From an uncultured Planctomycetaceae bacterium (lineage in GTDB: Bacteria; Planctomycetota; Phycisphaerae; Sedimentisphaerales; UBA12454), in contig CAYUYR010000001.1 in assembly GCA_964449435.1 (NCBI GenBank), positions 134,796-198,795 of the forward strand: a stretch of DNA of 64,000 nt, given 5' to 3'. The notes under the pieces were generated by a model. The model saw only the letters and a program-made list of their open reading frames with translations, searched no databases and was not told the DNA's origin. Every line of letters begins with the position of its first letter. The stretch's first letter is position 1. This document shows positions 44,457 through 54,500 of the stretch, piece after piece. Made by a program: the position numbers and the translations under genes.

Positions 44457-45788
44457 CTACGGTCTGCCGCCTCCGCCGCCTGGTGTTGTTCCGCCGTCGT
44501 CGCCGCCGCCGCCGTCGCCGCTGCCTTCCGCCCAGTAGGCATATCCCTTGGCAGGTGCGGTCAAAGTCACTTTGCCGTTCGAGTCGGATGTAACATCAGC
44601 CGGCTGATCGCCAGGACCCCATGCTACCGCCGTATACGTTGTGCTTGCCTTTAGTGTTACCGTACCGCCGCCCGCTCTCCGATCGCTGTTGAAACAGCCA
44701 TAAACCGGCGCATTATTCTTGAAAATAATGAAGCTGGTCGCCTTGTAGATGGTAGATGTGCCGCTAAAGTCATACTGCTTTCTTGCATCCAGAGCACGCT
44801 GGATACTTGGCTGTAAAGTAGAGTTAAACCAGTCCGGCCAGAACACACAAGGGGTCGGCTCAATATACATAATAAACCCGTAAGCCATGTCTTTGGCGCC
44901 AATCCCGTCCGAGTCGTGGTTGGCGACGAAACTTACACCCTTGCTTGAGCAAAGGCCGGCTCCATCAAGAGCGCCGGCTCCGGAATCCTTCATCGTATAA
45001 TAAAGCGGGAAGTCAAAGGCGTAATTGCCCGTGTGGCTCATCCAGTTCAGGATGTTCTCTTTGCTGTCCCAGTACTCGCCTACACACATACCGAGGGTGC
45101 CGAATGTCTTGGACATATCCCAACTAAAATGCTTGACAGCATCCAGCCGGAAACCCGCCACATTGCCAATCGTGGACTTCATCCAGCTGGCCCAGTTCTT
45201 CTGGCCGTCGTACATATAGCTGGTCATATGAGCTACGTCCTCGCCCATAATGTATTCATAGCCGTCGCTGTCCGCCGGCTCGCCAGGATGAAAGTGTTCA
45301 CAGCCCTTCTCGAATGTGCCATGCGGGTAGTAAAAATTCTGCCAATATGATTTTCCATCCCCTGCATCTACACACTGCTCGGGTGCGCCCATCATATGGT
45401 TTGGCACGAGGTCCGGAAGAACGTTGCCGCAAGCTTGGGCGGCTGCCTGAAGCTCTGAGAGACTTCCAAAGGCAGTTTCAATTGTGCCTTTCTGGTCGTA
45501 TTCGCCTAAATCATAGTTATCGAACACGTCATAGCCCATTCCGCTATTGCCGCTGCTGCCCTTGCAAGGTACCGGGAACCAGAAATGCGTAAAGCCCGCT
45601 GTTTTCAATCCTGAAGCCCTGTCCGCGATATAATTGTACCAGTTGCCCTTGCCTGACTCGTTAAAGCAGTCCCAGTAAAAGGCCTGGAACATTATTATGC
45701 TGCTTTCTGCGGCAAACAGGATGCTGTTTGTACCAGCAATCAACAGGAGCAGCATAAGGACCAAACTTGTCTTTTTTATCTTTTTCAT
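44457..45788 (-). CDS. GH13 alpha-amylase, archaeal-type core, copy B
   Basis: 443 aa. Identical to copy A except the first ~10 and last ~45 residues. Confidence 0.9.
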   Translation of the reverse strand: MKKIKKTSLVLMLLLLIAGTNSILFAAESSIIMFQAFYWDCFNESGKGNWYNYIADRASGLKTAGFTHFWFPVPCKGSSGNSGMGYDVFDNYDLGEYDQKGTIETAFGSLSELQAAAQACGNVLPDLVPNHMMGAPEQCVDAGDGKSYWQNFYYPHGTFEKGCEHFHPGEPADSDGYEYIMGEDVAHMTSYMYDGQKNWASWMKSTIGNVAGFRLDAVKHFSWDMSKTFGTLGMCVGEYWDSKENILNWMSHTGNYAFDFPLYYTMKDSGAGALDGAGLCSSKGVSFVANHDSDGIGAKDMAYGFIMYIEPTPCVFWPDWFNSTLQPSIQRALDARKQYDFSGTSTIYKATSFIIFKNNAPVYGCFNSDRRAGGGTVTLKASTTYTAVAWGPGDQPADVTSDSNGKVTLTAPAKGYAYWAEGSGDGGGGDDGGTTPGGGGGRP

Positions 45789-46213
45789 TTTTTTCTCCTA
45801 TCAAATTTCTTTAATCCCCGGCGTTTCGCTCCGCTGAGATACACACCCGGCGGCAAAACACCTGTTTTTTTTTCTTTCCCGTATCGGCCCGGGCTCATCA
45901 GAACCGGACCAGATACTAACTGCTAAAGCAACGGCAAAGAAGCTGAACACGCCAAACCCTGCTCTTGCACATAATTAACCTCACTTTCCGGATTGGCTGT
46001 GCCCTTCAAGAAATTCATAAACCCTTTTATACAACAATATGTCACAACAACAGTCCTTTTCGTGATTCATAATGGGTGCCTCCTGCGTGAACAATCAACG
46101 TCCGTCTATGGTTGGAAATGTGCCCCTGCTGCCGCTCTTTGCTATCCGTCATCCATCATACATAACACAAGCACACCCCAAACCCCCAAATCCGATGTAT
46201 TCTCTTTATACAA

Positions 46214-46241
46214 AGCATACTAAACATGTTTTTCGTGTCAA
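46214..46241 (-). promoter_or_regulatory. Sigma-70-like promoter for amylase copy B
   Basis: Minus strand reads TTGACA - 16 nt - TATGCT. Positionally homologous to the copy A promoter. Confidence 0.5.
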
Positions 46242-46422
46242 GTATTTCCACTTTTTTCTTCGTGAGCGTTCACGCGAAAACACGCTTTTTAGGCCCAAAA
46301 CGCCTTTTTTCCCAGTGAACGCTCACCTTTTTTCTTATTTTTGCCGTGGTCCGATATCAATTTTGTCTCTAATGAAAAACCGTTCGCCTTATAAGTACTT
46401 ATTTCAATGGAAGTTATAATTG

Positions 46423-46447
46423 TTCTTCCTTACTTTCTTAATAAGGC
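46423..46447. repeat. Short CCTTAC-type block
   Basis: ttcttCCTTACtttcttaataagg. Confidence 0.4.
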
Positions 46448-46475
46448 TCACCGGCAAGCAATACGAAGAAAAGCC

Positions 46476-46504
46476 TTGACAGTCCAATTTCATAATTGTA
46501 TGGT
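46476..46504 (+). promoter_or_regulatory. Sigma-70-like promoter
   Basis: TTGACA - 17 nt - TATGGT, about 85 nt upstream of the GH31 start. Confidence 0.45.
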
Positions 46505-46588
46505 ACGACAGGCTTATGGTAAGGCCTTTTTGGGCACAAGGTTTAACTAGATAAAATTAGGTTGTGAAATGGACTGAAAGGGAAAATT

Positions 46589-48802
46589 ATGATGGTTTTT
46601 AGCAAACGATTTAGGTTCTGGGTAATTGCACTTGTCTTGTCTATTTTGTCTGTGGGCTGCGCAGAACAACTCGGCCAGTCGCAATTGCTCGGCGACGGAA
46701 TCGTTCGTTTTTACGAGCCGAATGTGGTAATTAAGGATTTGCCTCCTTCAATGTCGCTTGAGCGTGAGCCGAGTGTAATCGGCAAGGTTCCCGCTGAATG
46801 GAAACTTGTCCCAAAATTCGGGTTTGATAAAAGCACCGGCAGACATACCGCCGTTATGAAAATCGACGCCGGCACAAGCCTGTACGGCACCGGTGAAGCG
46901 GCTGGTCCGCTGCTGCGCAACGGGCGCATGAGCGAATGCTGGAATACCGACGCTTATGGTTACGACGATTCAACTCCATCGCTGTACCAGTCGCATCCGT
47001 GGGTTTTGGCAGTAAGGAAAGATGGGACCGCTTTTGGAGTGCTGGCCGATACTACCTGGCGATGTCAGATTGACTTGAGCAAAGACATAAAATTCTCTGC
47101 TGAAGGACCAAGTTTCCCTGTGCTCGTCATCGATGCCAATTCCCCGCAGAATGTGCTGCGGAAACTGGCGACTCTTATCGGCAAAATACCCCTGCCGCCA
47201 AAGTGGGCAATCGGTTATCACCAGTGCCGGTACTCTTACTACCCGGACGAACGTGTGCGCGAGATAGCCAGGGAATTCCGCAGCCGTAAGATTCCCTGTG
47301 ATATCATTTGGCTGGACATCCATTATATGGACGGGTACCGGATTTTCACTTTCGACCCCAATCATTTTCCAGACCCTGCCGGCTTGAACGATGACCTGCA
47401 CAAGATGGCTTTCAAGACAGTCTGGATGATTGACCCCGGCGTCAAAGCCGAGAAGGGCTATTTCGTTTATGACCAGGGTACCGCAGGCGACCACTGGGTA
47501 AAGAGCGCCGAGGGCAAAGAGTATAACGGCGAGGTCTGGCCTGGAATGTGCGCATTTCCCGACTATACCAGGCCGGAAACTCGTGCATGGTGGGCGTCAT
47601 TGTACAAACCCTTTATGGCGCTCGGCGTTGACGGCGTCTGGAATGATATGGACGAGCCGGCTGTCTTTAACGTAAAGTCAAAAACTATGCCTCTCTATAA
47701 TATTCACCGCGGCGGCGGCGGACTGCCTCAGGGGCCGCACGCTCAATATCATAACGTTTACGGTATGCTGATGGTTAAAGCTTCGCGTGAAGGTATCCAG
47801 GCGGCCAACCCGGATAAACGACCATTTGTACTTACAAGAGCGAACTTCATCGGGGGCCACAGATATGCCGCCACATGGACAGGCGATAACGTTGCTAACT
47901 GGGAGCATCTTGGCTGGTCCGTTACGATGTCCCTTAATCTCGGCCTGTCCGGCCAGCCTTTCAGTGGGCCGGATATCGGAGGGTTCAGCGAGGACGGCGA
48001 TGCAAAACTGTTTGCACGCTGGTTCGGCGTGGGAGCGCTGCTGCCATTTTCCCGTGGGCACACCGATGTTAAGAGCAGGGATAAGGAACCGTGGACATTC
48101 GGAAAAGACGTTGAGAACTCCTGCCGGACAGCATTAGAGCGGCGATACCGTTTACTGCCGTATTTGTACACTCTATTTTATGAAGCATCCGTAACCGGCC
48201 TGCCGGTAATGCGACCGGTATTCTTTACTGACCCCGCTAATACGAAGCTGCGAAGTGAGGACAGCGCATTCCTGCTCGGCTCAGACCTGCTGGTCGTTCC
48301 TCAACTGAAAGAAAATTTAAACCAAACTGCTATTCAGCCATCTGGTATATGGCGGACGGTTTCACTAGTTGGCGAAGACAGCGCAAAAGACGTTAATCAA
48401 CCCGAATTAAAAATCCGCGGCGGAGCCATCATCACGCTCGGCCGAGTAGTGCAAAGCACAGAAGAAATCTCGCTCAACCCGCTTACGCTGCTGGTCTGCC
48501 TCGATGAAAATGGACTGGCCCAAGGCGTATTATACGAGGACGCAGGCAACGGCTACGGCTATCGCGATGGCGAGTATCTGCTGACAAAATATGCAGCTCG
48601 GCAGGATGGCGAACGCGTAATCGTTGAGATACTAAGTCAGCAGGGCAAAATGCAGAGACCGAAACGCAATGTAATCGTCGAACTTATAACGGACAAAGGC
48701 GTAATTAAAGCCGAAGGCGATGAAACAAAACAGATTGTAATTGATATGCCGCAAAAAACAGCGTTTTCAGGGCTGAAACCAGCCCCTTTAGCGGGTTGGT
48801 GA
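46589..48802 (+). CDS. GH31 alpha-glucosidase (lipoprotein signal)
   Basis: 'GVWNDMDEP' (nucleophile block), 'TWTGDN', 'HNVYG'. N-terminus 'VLSILSVGC'. Confidence 0.92.
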   Translation: MMVFSKRFRFWVIALVLSILSVGCAEQLGQSQLLGDGIVRFYEPNVVIKDLPPSMSLEREPSVIGKVPAEWKLVPKFGFDKSTGRHTAVMKIDAGTSLYGTGEAAGPLLRNGRMSECWNTDAYGYDDSTPSLYQSHPWVLAVRKDGTAFGVLADTTWRCQIDLSKDIKFSAEGPSFPVLVIDANSPQNVLRKLATLIGKIPLPPKWAIGYHQCRYSYYPDERVREIAREFRSRKIPCDIIWLDIHYMDGYRIFTFDPNHFPDPAGLNDDLHKMAFKTVWMIDPGVKAEKGYFVYDQGTAGDHWVKSAEGKEYNGEVWPGMCAFPDYTRPETRAWWASLYKPFMALGVDGVWNDMDEPAVFNVKSKTMPLYNIHRGGGGLPQGPHAQYHNVYGMLMVKASREGIQAANPDKRPFVLTRANFIGGHRYAATWTGDNVANWEHLGWSVTMSLNLGLSGQPFSGPDIGGFSEDGDAKLFARWFGVGALLPFSRGHTDVKSRDKEPWTFGKDVENSCRTALERRYRLLPYLYTLFYEASVTGLPVMRPVFFTDPANTKLRSEDSAFLLGSDLLVVPQLKENLNQTAIQPSGIWRTVSLVGEDSAKDVNQPELKIRGGAIITLGRVVQSTEEISLNPLTLLVCLDENGLAQGVLYEDAGNGYGYRDGEYLLTKYAARQDGERVIVEILSQQGKMQRPKRNVIVELITDKGVIKAEGDETKQIVIDMPQKTAFSGLKPAPLAGW

Positions 48803-48959
48803 AACAGCCTTGAAAATTTCAGGTTAAACTGCGGATTTCAGCCTTGCAGTAAAGACAGGATTAGTGTATAATTTGCCAAGTACGGCGAATATTGAAAGTT
48901 TTTGAGATGAAATTGTTGTTTTAAACTTATAAATTAACAGGCAGGGATATTTAATAATA

Positions 48960-49844
48960 ATGAACGTAAAGGGCTTTGTTATGAGCAGACAGAAAGACGA
49001 ATTTGGTGCGGCAAAAGTAAAGGTTTCTAACCGCGGAAGAAACAGGTTCGAGAAGGCGTTCACGTTAGTTGAGCTTTTAGTGGTAATCTCGATTATTGCG
49101 ATATTGCTGGCGGTGTTGATGCCGGCGCTGCAAAAAGCCAGGAAACAAGCCAGGGTCGTTATTTGCAAGTCCAACCTCAGGCAATGGGGCATTATGTTTT
49201 CGATGTACTGCGAGGATAACAATAGCCGCTTCTTCAGCGGCCTGTTCGAGGGTGTGACCAGGGATCACGGCGAATACTGGAGATTTCCCATGAAACCGTA
49301 TTCCAAGGATGAAAAGATGTGGATGTGCGCAGAGGCCACAAAGCCGCGGGTCGGCGGGGGAGAGCCTCATGTTGGAGACCCGCCTACTACAGCATGGGAA
49401 TGGGATGGTCAGGTAGGCAGCTATGGTATTAATGGCTGGGTAATGAATCCAACGCCGGGAGCGGACAGCCTCTATGGCCGCGGTCCCGCGTCATACTACT
49501 GGAGAACCTCTCAGCAGAAAGGCTTGAATAATATACCCGTATTTTTGGATACGTGGTTCACTGATGCCTGGCCAAAGGATGTTGACAAGCCTTATACGAC
49601 GTCAGAGAATAGCCCATCCGATTCAGCGACGATTGGCTCGGATGAAATGCAGAGAGTTTGCGTCAACCGACACAGTGGGTACGTAGATGTTGCCTTTATG
49701 GATTGGTCTGTCAGGAAAGTCGGACTTAAGGAGTTGTGGACCTTGAAATGGCATCCGACTTTCGACACGAGAAATCGCTGGACCCACCCCCGCGTCCGGC
49801 TTACAAGTTGGCCGAGATGGATGCAAAAGTTCAAAGATTATTGA
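48960..49844 (+). CDS. Prepilin-type N-terminal cleavage/methylation domain protein (pseudopilin-like)
   Basis: '[24 protein letters not shown]' and '[16 protein letters not shown]' (H-X9-D-like). True start uncertain; several in-frame ATG/GTG codons lie upstream of the hydrophobic segment. Confidence 0.75.
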   Translation: MNVKGFVMSRQKDEFGAAKVKVSNRGRNRFEKAFTLVELLVVISIIAILLAVLMPALQKARKQARVVICKSNLRQWGIMFSMYCEDNNSRFFSGLFEGVTRDHGEYWRFPMKPYSKDEKMWMCAEATKPRVGGGEPHVGDPPTTAWEWDGQVGSYGINGWVMNPTPGADSLYGRGPASYYWRTSQQKGLNNIPVFLDTWFTDAWPKDVDKPYTTSENSPSDSATIGSDEMQRVCVNRHSGYVDVAFMDWSVRKVGLKELWTLKWHPTFDTRNRWTHPRVRLTSWPRWMQKFKDY

Positions 49845-50077
49845 AAAAAGACTATTATGCAGATGACAAAGGCCGGACCCGGTGGTCCGGCCTTTTTTGC
49901 TGCCCGAAAGCAGGAACCTGCCAGCCAGCCGCTCACTTCGTTGTTAGGGACGGCTTTTGGTGAACATTCTTATGAATACCAGTAAATAACGACCCAGAAA
50001 ATAGGTTTTACGGGTCAAAGGTAATGCTGCCTCTTGCGGGAAAATAGAAAAAAATAGTAGGCGAGGCAAAAAAAATC

Positions 50078-50107
50078 TTGACAGGCATATAGCTAATCTG
50101 GTATAAA
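50078..50107 (+). promoter_or_regulatory. Sigma-70-like promoter
   Basis: TTGACA - 18 nt - TATAAA, about 280 nt upstream of the 50389 start. Confidence 0.4.
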
Positions 50108-50388
50108 TAGATTAGTTGGTATAAATGTAAATAGGTTAAGTTGAGCGTGGTGGAAGAAGTGTGTTTTGCACCAAGCCGCGGGCTTTCGCAGTTTTGCCGC
50201 TGAAAGCTCTGATTGGTTTCTCTCACTGGGAGAGAGGACATGCTTTCGTTAAACCCCGTTTTAAAAAAGGTTGTTTTGACAATCGCGAGTTCGGCGTGTT
50301 TGTCGAAGACACATAGGTGTTTGTTTTGACGTGTAGTCAAAGCAAAAAAAAAGAAGTTTTGTTTTTTTTAGTTGATGGAGGAAGAATT

Positions 50389-51138
50389 ATGTGTAAGAAA
50401 TTGTTCTTTATGTTGATGGTTCTTGCTGTTGTTGGACTGGCTGTCACGGCAAGAGCTGAGGATTACCGCGTAGCCGGCGACTGGAACGGCTGGGACAACA
50501 CAATCGACGTTATGACTGACAACGGAGACGGCACATGGTCGGCTACGATTACAGGATTAACCCCCGGCTCGCGTCAGGAGTTCAAGTTTTACGAGGATTG
50601 GGATATGGTCTGGGTGAACACCGACGGAAATGGGAGCAACAATTGGCTCTATGCCGATGCTGAAGGTTCAGTTACCGTCGGGTTGAACACCAACACTGTG
50701 TCAGACGGCTGGCTAACTACGACCAACCGCACCGGCATGAGCACCGACGGAGCCGGCACAGGCTGGGTAATCGCCGGCAGCTTCGGCGGCGCGGGACTTC
50801 CCGATTGGAGTACTACAGGCTTACCGATGGATGATATGGGCGGCGGGATGTACGAACTGACCCTGTATCTGCCGGCAGGCAGCGGAGCCGATTGGGTGGA
50901 CCCGGGTCTCAACAGTTATGCGTGGAAAGCCGTCGCCTATGACTCTTGGGATTCAATCAGCGAGGATGGTCGCGGCGTGAACACGCAAAACGCTGTGGTC
51001 ACAGTCGATGAGGAAAATGAATACGTGACATTCTACCTTGATGCCCATACCGGCGTGGTAAGAACGGAAGTCATTCCTGAGCCGGCAACGATTGCCCTTC
51101 TTGGTCTTGGTTTAGCGCTGATTCGCAGGAAACGCTAA
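50389..51138 (+). CDS. PEP-CTERM-anchored protein with two starch-binding-like beta-sandwich modules
   Basis: Signal peptide 'MCKKLFFMLMVLAVVGLAVTARA'. 'YRVAGDWNGWDN...GDGTWSATI...QEFKFYEDW' and 'WVIAGSFGG...MYELTLYLPAG'. C-terminus 'IPEPATIALLGLGLALIRRKR'. Confidence 0.75.
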   Translation: MCKKLFFMLMVLAVVGLAVTARAEDYRVAGDWNGWDNTIDVMTDNGDGTWSATITGLTPGSRQEFKFYEDWDMVWVNTDGNGSNNWLYADAEGSVTVGLNTNTVSDGWLTTTNRTGMSTDGAGTGWVIAGSFGGAGLPDWSTTGLPMDDMGGGMYELTLYLPAGSGADWVDPGLNSYAWKAVAYDSWDSISEDGRGVNTQNAVVTVDEENEYVTFYLDAHTGVVRTEVIPEPATIALLGLGLALIRRKR

Positions 51139-51203
51139 TTTTACGCTAATACGGCTAATTACTTTCTAAAAGTATTAGTTAGCCGATGATTTTGTACGAG
51201 TTT

Positions 51204-51250
51204 GGGGCCTGTGCCGGTTCAATCAGCACAGGCCCCAGTTGTTTTTGTGA
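51204..51250 (+). terminator. Rho-independent terminator
   Basis: GGGGCCTGTGC ... GCACAGGCCCC stem, then AGTTGTTTTT. Confidence 0.75.
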
Positions 51251-51516
51251 GCAATGAGGGTTCACAGCAGGCAAATTGGAAATAGCGCCCGGATGAGACC
51301 GAACGAGATGAATCGCTTAGGTCTGGAAGAGCGAGGGGGCAAAAGTGAGCGCTTTTTTGCGTTTTTTGTTATTTTTTGCGGAAATTTAGAAGAATTGATA
51401 AAATTTACTTGAAATAAACCGATGAGTTTGGTAAAATAAGCAAAATTTATAACTTATGGTCATAAAAGGAAGGAAGAAATAGAAATTGTCAGTCAGAAAA
51501 AGAAAGGGAAATTATC

Positions 51517-54500
51517 ATGCGTAAAAAACTTATTTATCTAATTTCTTTTGTTGTGCTGCTGACTCTGGCCGGTAATGTGTCAGCAGACTTAGACACAGAC
51601 CCTAATCTCGTAGCGCACTATAAGCTGGATGGCGATGCCAACGATACCGGTCTCGTCTCCCCGGTAGCCGACGGCGTCTTAAATGGCGACCCTGCATGGA
51701 CAAATGGGCGAGCAGAGGTAGGCGGGTCAATCGACTTCGACGGCAGCAGCGAATGGGTGGAGATACCGGACGCTAACAAGCTCGACATCACCGACGATCT
51801 CACTGTCGCGTTCTGGATGAGGGTTGATCACTTCGGCAGTCGGTGGCAGACGGTTGTTATCAAGGGCGTCTCCTGGGACGACAACGTCTGGAAGTTTGAG
51901 CATGCTTACGACAACGAGGGCGGTATCTTCTTCAGAGTTGGGGGCGAGGGGGAAACGGGCGTCGGCATATCGGGGCTGACGGACGTGAACGATGGCAATT
52001 GGCATCACATTGCCGGAACGTATGAGAAAGCAACAGGAGCTGCGAATATATATATAGACGGTATTTTGGAGGCTGGCGCAAGCGCTGCCGCAGGAACAGC
52101 AATACCGACAAACGATCATCCCCTCTATATCAACCTGGTGAAGGATGGGTGGCATCTCGACGGCGGCATCGACGACCTGCGTGTCTATAAACGTGTCCTC
52201 TCGTCAACTGAGATAGAGGCATTAGGATATAATATTCCCTACTTACAAGCCCATGACCCCGACCCAAGTGTTGGACAAATGGGTGTGCCGGCAAGTGTGG
52301 TCCTTGGCTGGACAGCGGGAGATTATGCAGATACGCACGATGTGTACTTAGGCACCGATAAAACCGCTGTGGCAGAGGCCAACACATCCACGCCGGACAT
52401 ATTCCAAGGCAACCAGGCAGGTACAACATACGACCCACCTGGAGACCTTCCACAAGAGACCATTTACTACTGGCGGATTGATGAGGTCAATGATGCTAAT
52501 AGTGATATTTGGCCCGGCTGGGTCTGGAGCTTTGCAGTCGCCTCCCCGTATCCCACTAACCCGAGCCCTGCTGATGGTTACCAATATGCGCCCCTGGATG
52601 CGAACCTCACCTGGACTGCGGGAGCTACAGCAGTCGAGCACAGGGTGTACTTTGGCACAGCCAGTAACCCGCCGCCCAAGGCGTGGGTGACTATGCCCAC
52701 TACCACCTGGGACCCAGGCCCCCTTACAGCAGGCGTGACTTACTACTGGAAGATATTAGCGAGGGAAGCGGATGGCACGACGACGTACACAGGCCCTATC
52801 TGGAGTTTCAGAGCAACAAACCAGCTGCGCGGCTGGTGGGAGTTTGATGACGGCGATGGTAATACTCCCATCGATTCAAGCGGTAACGGCAATCATGCTG
52901 TCTTTGGTGTTTCCCCGAATAGTCTGCCTACCTGGACGACCGATGGGCGGCTCGGCTCGGCGCTTGAGTTTGACGGCGACGAGGACTGGGTAGAGGTCGA
53001 CCGTGACCCGAACTTAGACATAACCAAATCTATGACGCTTGCGGTCTGGATAAAAATCTATAATTTCGGCGGTGATAACCAGAGCATCATCGGCAAGTTC
53101 GACAACTGGAAGTTTGAGAGAGCAGGTACCGGCGGTACTATCCTCTGGGTCGTCGAGGGCGGAGCGCCCTGGACCACCTATGGAAACATAAGCATTGACG
53201 ACGGTGAATGGCATCACCTCGCAGGAACGTATGACGGAGCAACAGGGTATCAGACTCTATATGTGGATGGTGTTCTGGACGTGCAGACGAGCGGTACGAC
53301 GCCCCACACGATACCGACCAGTACGAACCCGCTTTATATCGGCTCGAATGGTCTCGCTTGCGTCGTTGACGACCTCCGACTTTACGACTATTGTCTGTCG
53401 GGGAGCGAGATATCGGACTTGGCAAATATTCCCTGGCCGCCAGAAGCCCGTACCCCCAAGCCGGCCAATAAGTCAACTGTGGCAATGAAACCGGATAAGA
53501 TGCTTACTCTTAGCTGGGTAGCAGGACCTGCTGCTGCCTCGCACGATGTATATTTCGGCACCGCTTTTAGCGATGTCAACGATGCCGGCACCCTCGACAC
53601 CGAGTTCAAAGGCAATCAGGCAGGTACGACCTATGGTGTCGGGCCACTTGAAACAGTGAATACCTACTACTGGCGGATTGATGAAGTCAATGATGCCAAT
53701 AGTGATATCTGGAAAGGCCACGTCTGGCGCTTTACAACAGCAGAATATTTCTCCGTGGATAATTTTGAGGACTACAGCGGCACCGAACCCGATAGAATTT
53801 TTGACCCTAACGGGTGGGTAGCCGGCGGCGGCGGGCTTGTGGATTTCAGCGACTCCAATATAGTCATGGTTCACGGAGGTCTACAGGCGATGGCGCTTGA
53901 ATACGATAACCTTGCATCGCCGTATGATTCAAATGCCACCCACACATTTGGTTCGTCGCAGGATTGGACTGTCGATGGCATCAAGTCATTGGAGCTGTGG
54001 GTTAGAGGTTGGCCGGCATACGTCGGCGGCTGGGCAGAGGCCTCAGGTACCCACACAATTACCGCCTCCGGCACAGACATTGAGGATGTGCCGAACGTGA
54101 AATCAGGAACAGGCTACCACGATGAGTTCCATTACGCCTATAAGGAAATAACCGGCAGCGGGCTTGTGACGATTATAGCGAAAGTAGAAAGTATCAGTCC
54201 CACCGACCCGTGTGTCCCCATCCACGAATGGGCCAAGGCCGGCGTGATGGTTCGCAAGTCGCTGGATCCGAACTCTAAGAACGCTCTTATGTGTATCACG
54301 CCTGAAATGGGCGGAGCTTTCCAGTATCGTGAAGTGGATGCCGGTGGCACCACCAGCTATAACTACTACGCAAGCGGCGAGGATTACGTTGCCTTGAAGG
54401 ACATTAACGCTCCATACTGGGTAAAGCTGGAGCTGGACTCCGATTACGGTGACATTTATGCTTATCATTCGTCTGACGGCAGCACCTGGACCGAGGTACA

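Larger units (their letters stand above)
44434..46323. repeat. Tandem duplication unit B
   Basis: See unit A. Confidence 0.9.

Noticed and set aside
48824-49222. 132-aa minus-strand ORF overlapping the 5' end of the pseudopilin-like gene.
   Set aside because: It overlaps the hydrophobic prepilin N-terminus coding region on the opposite strand and has no recognisable motifs.
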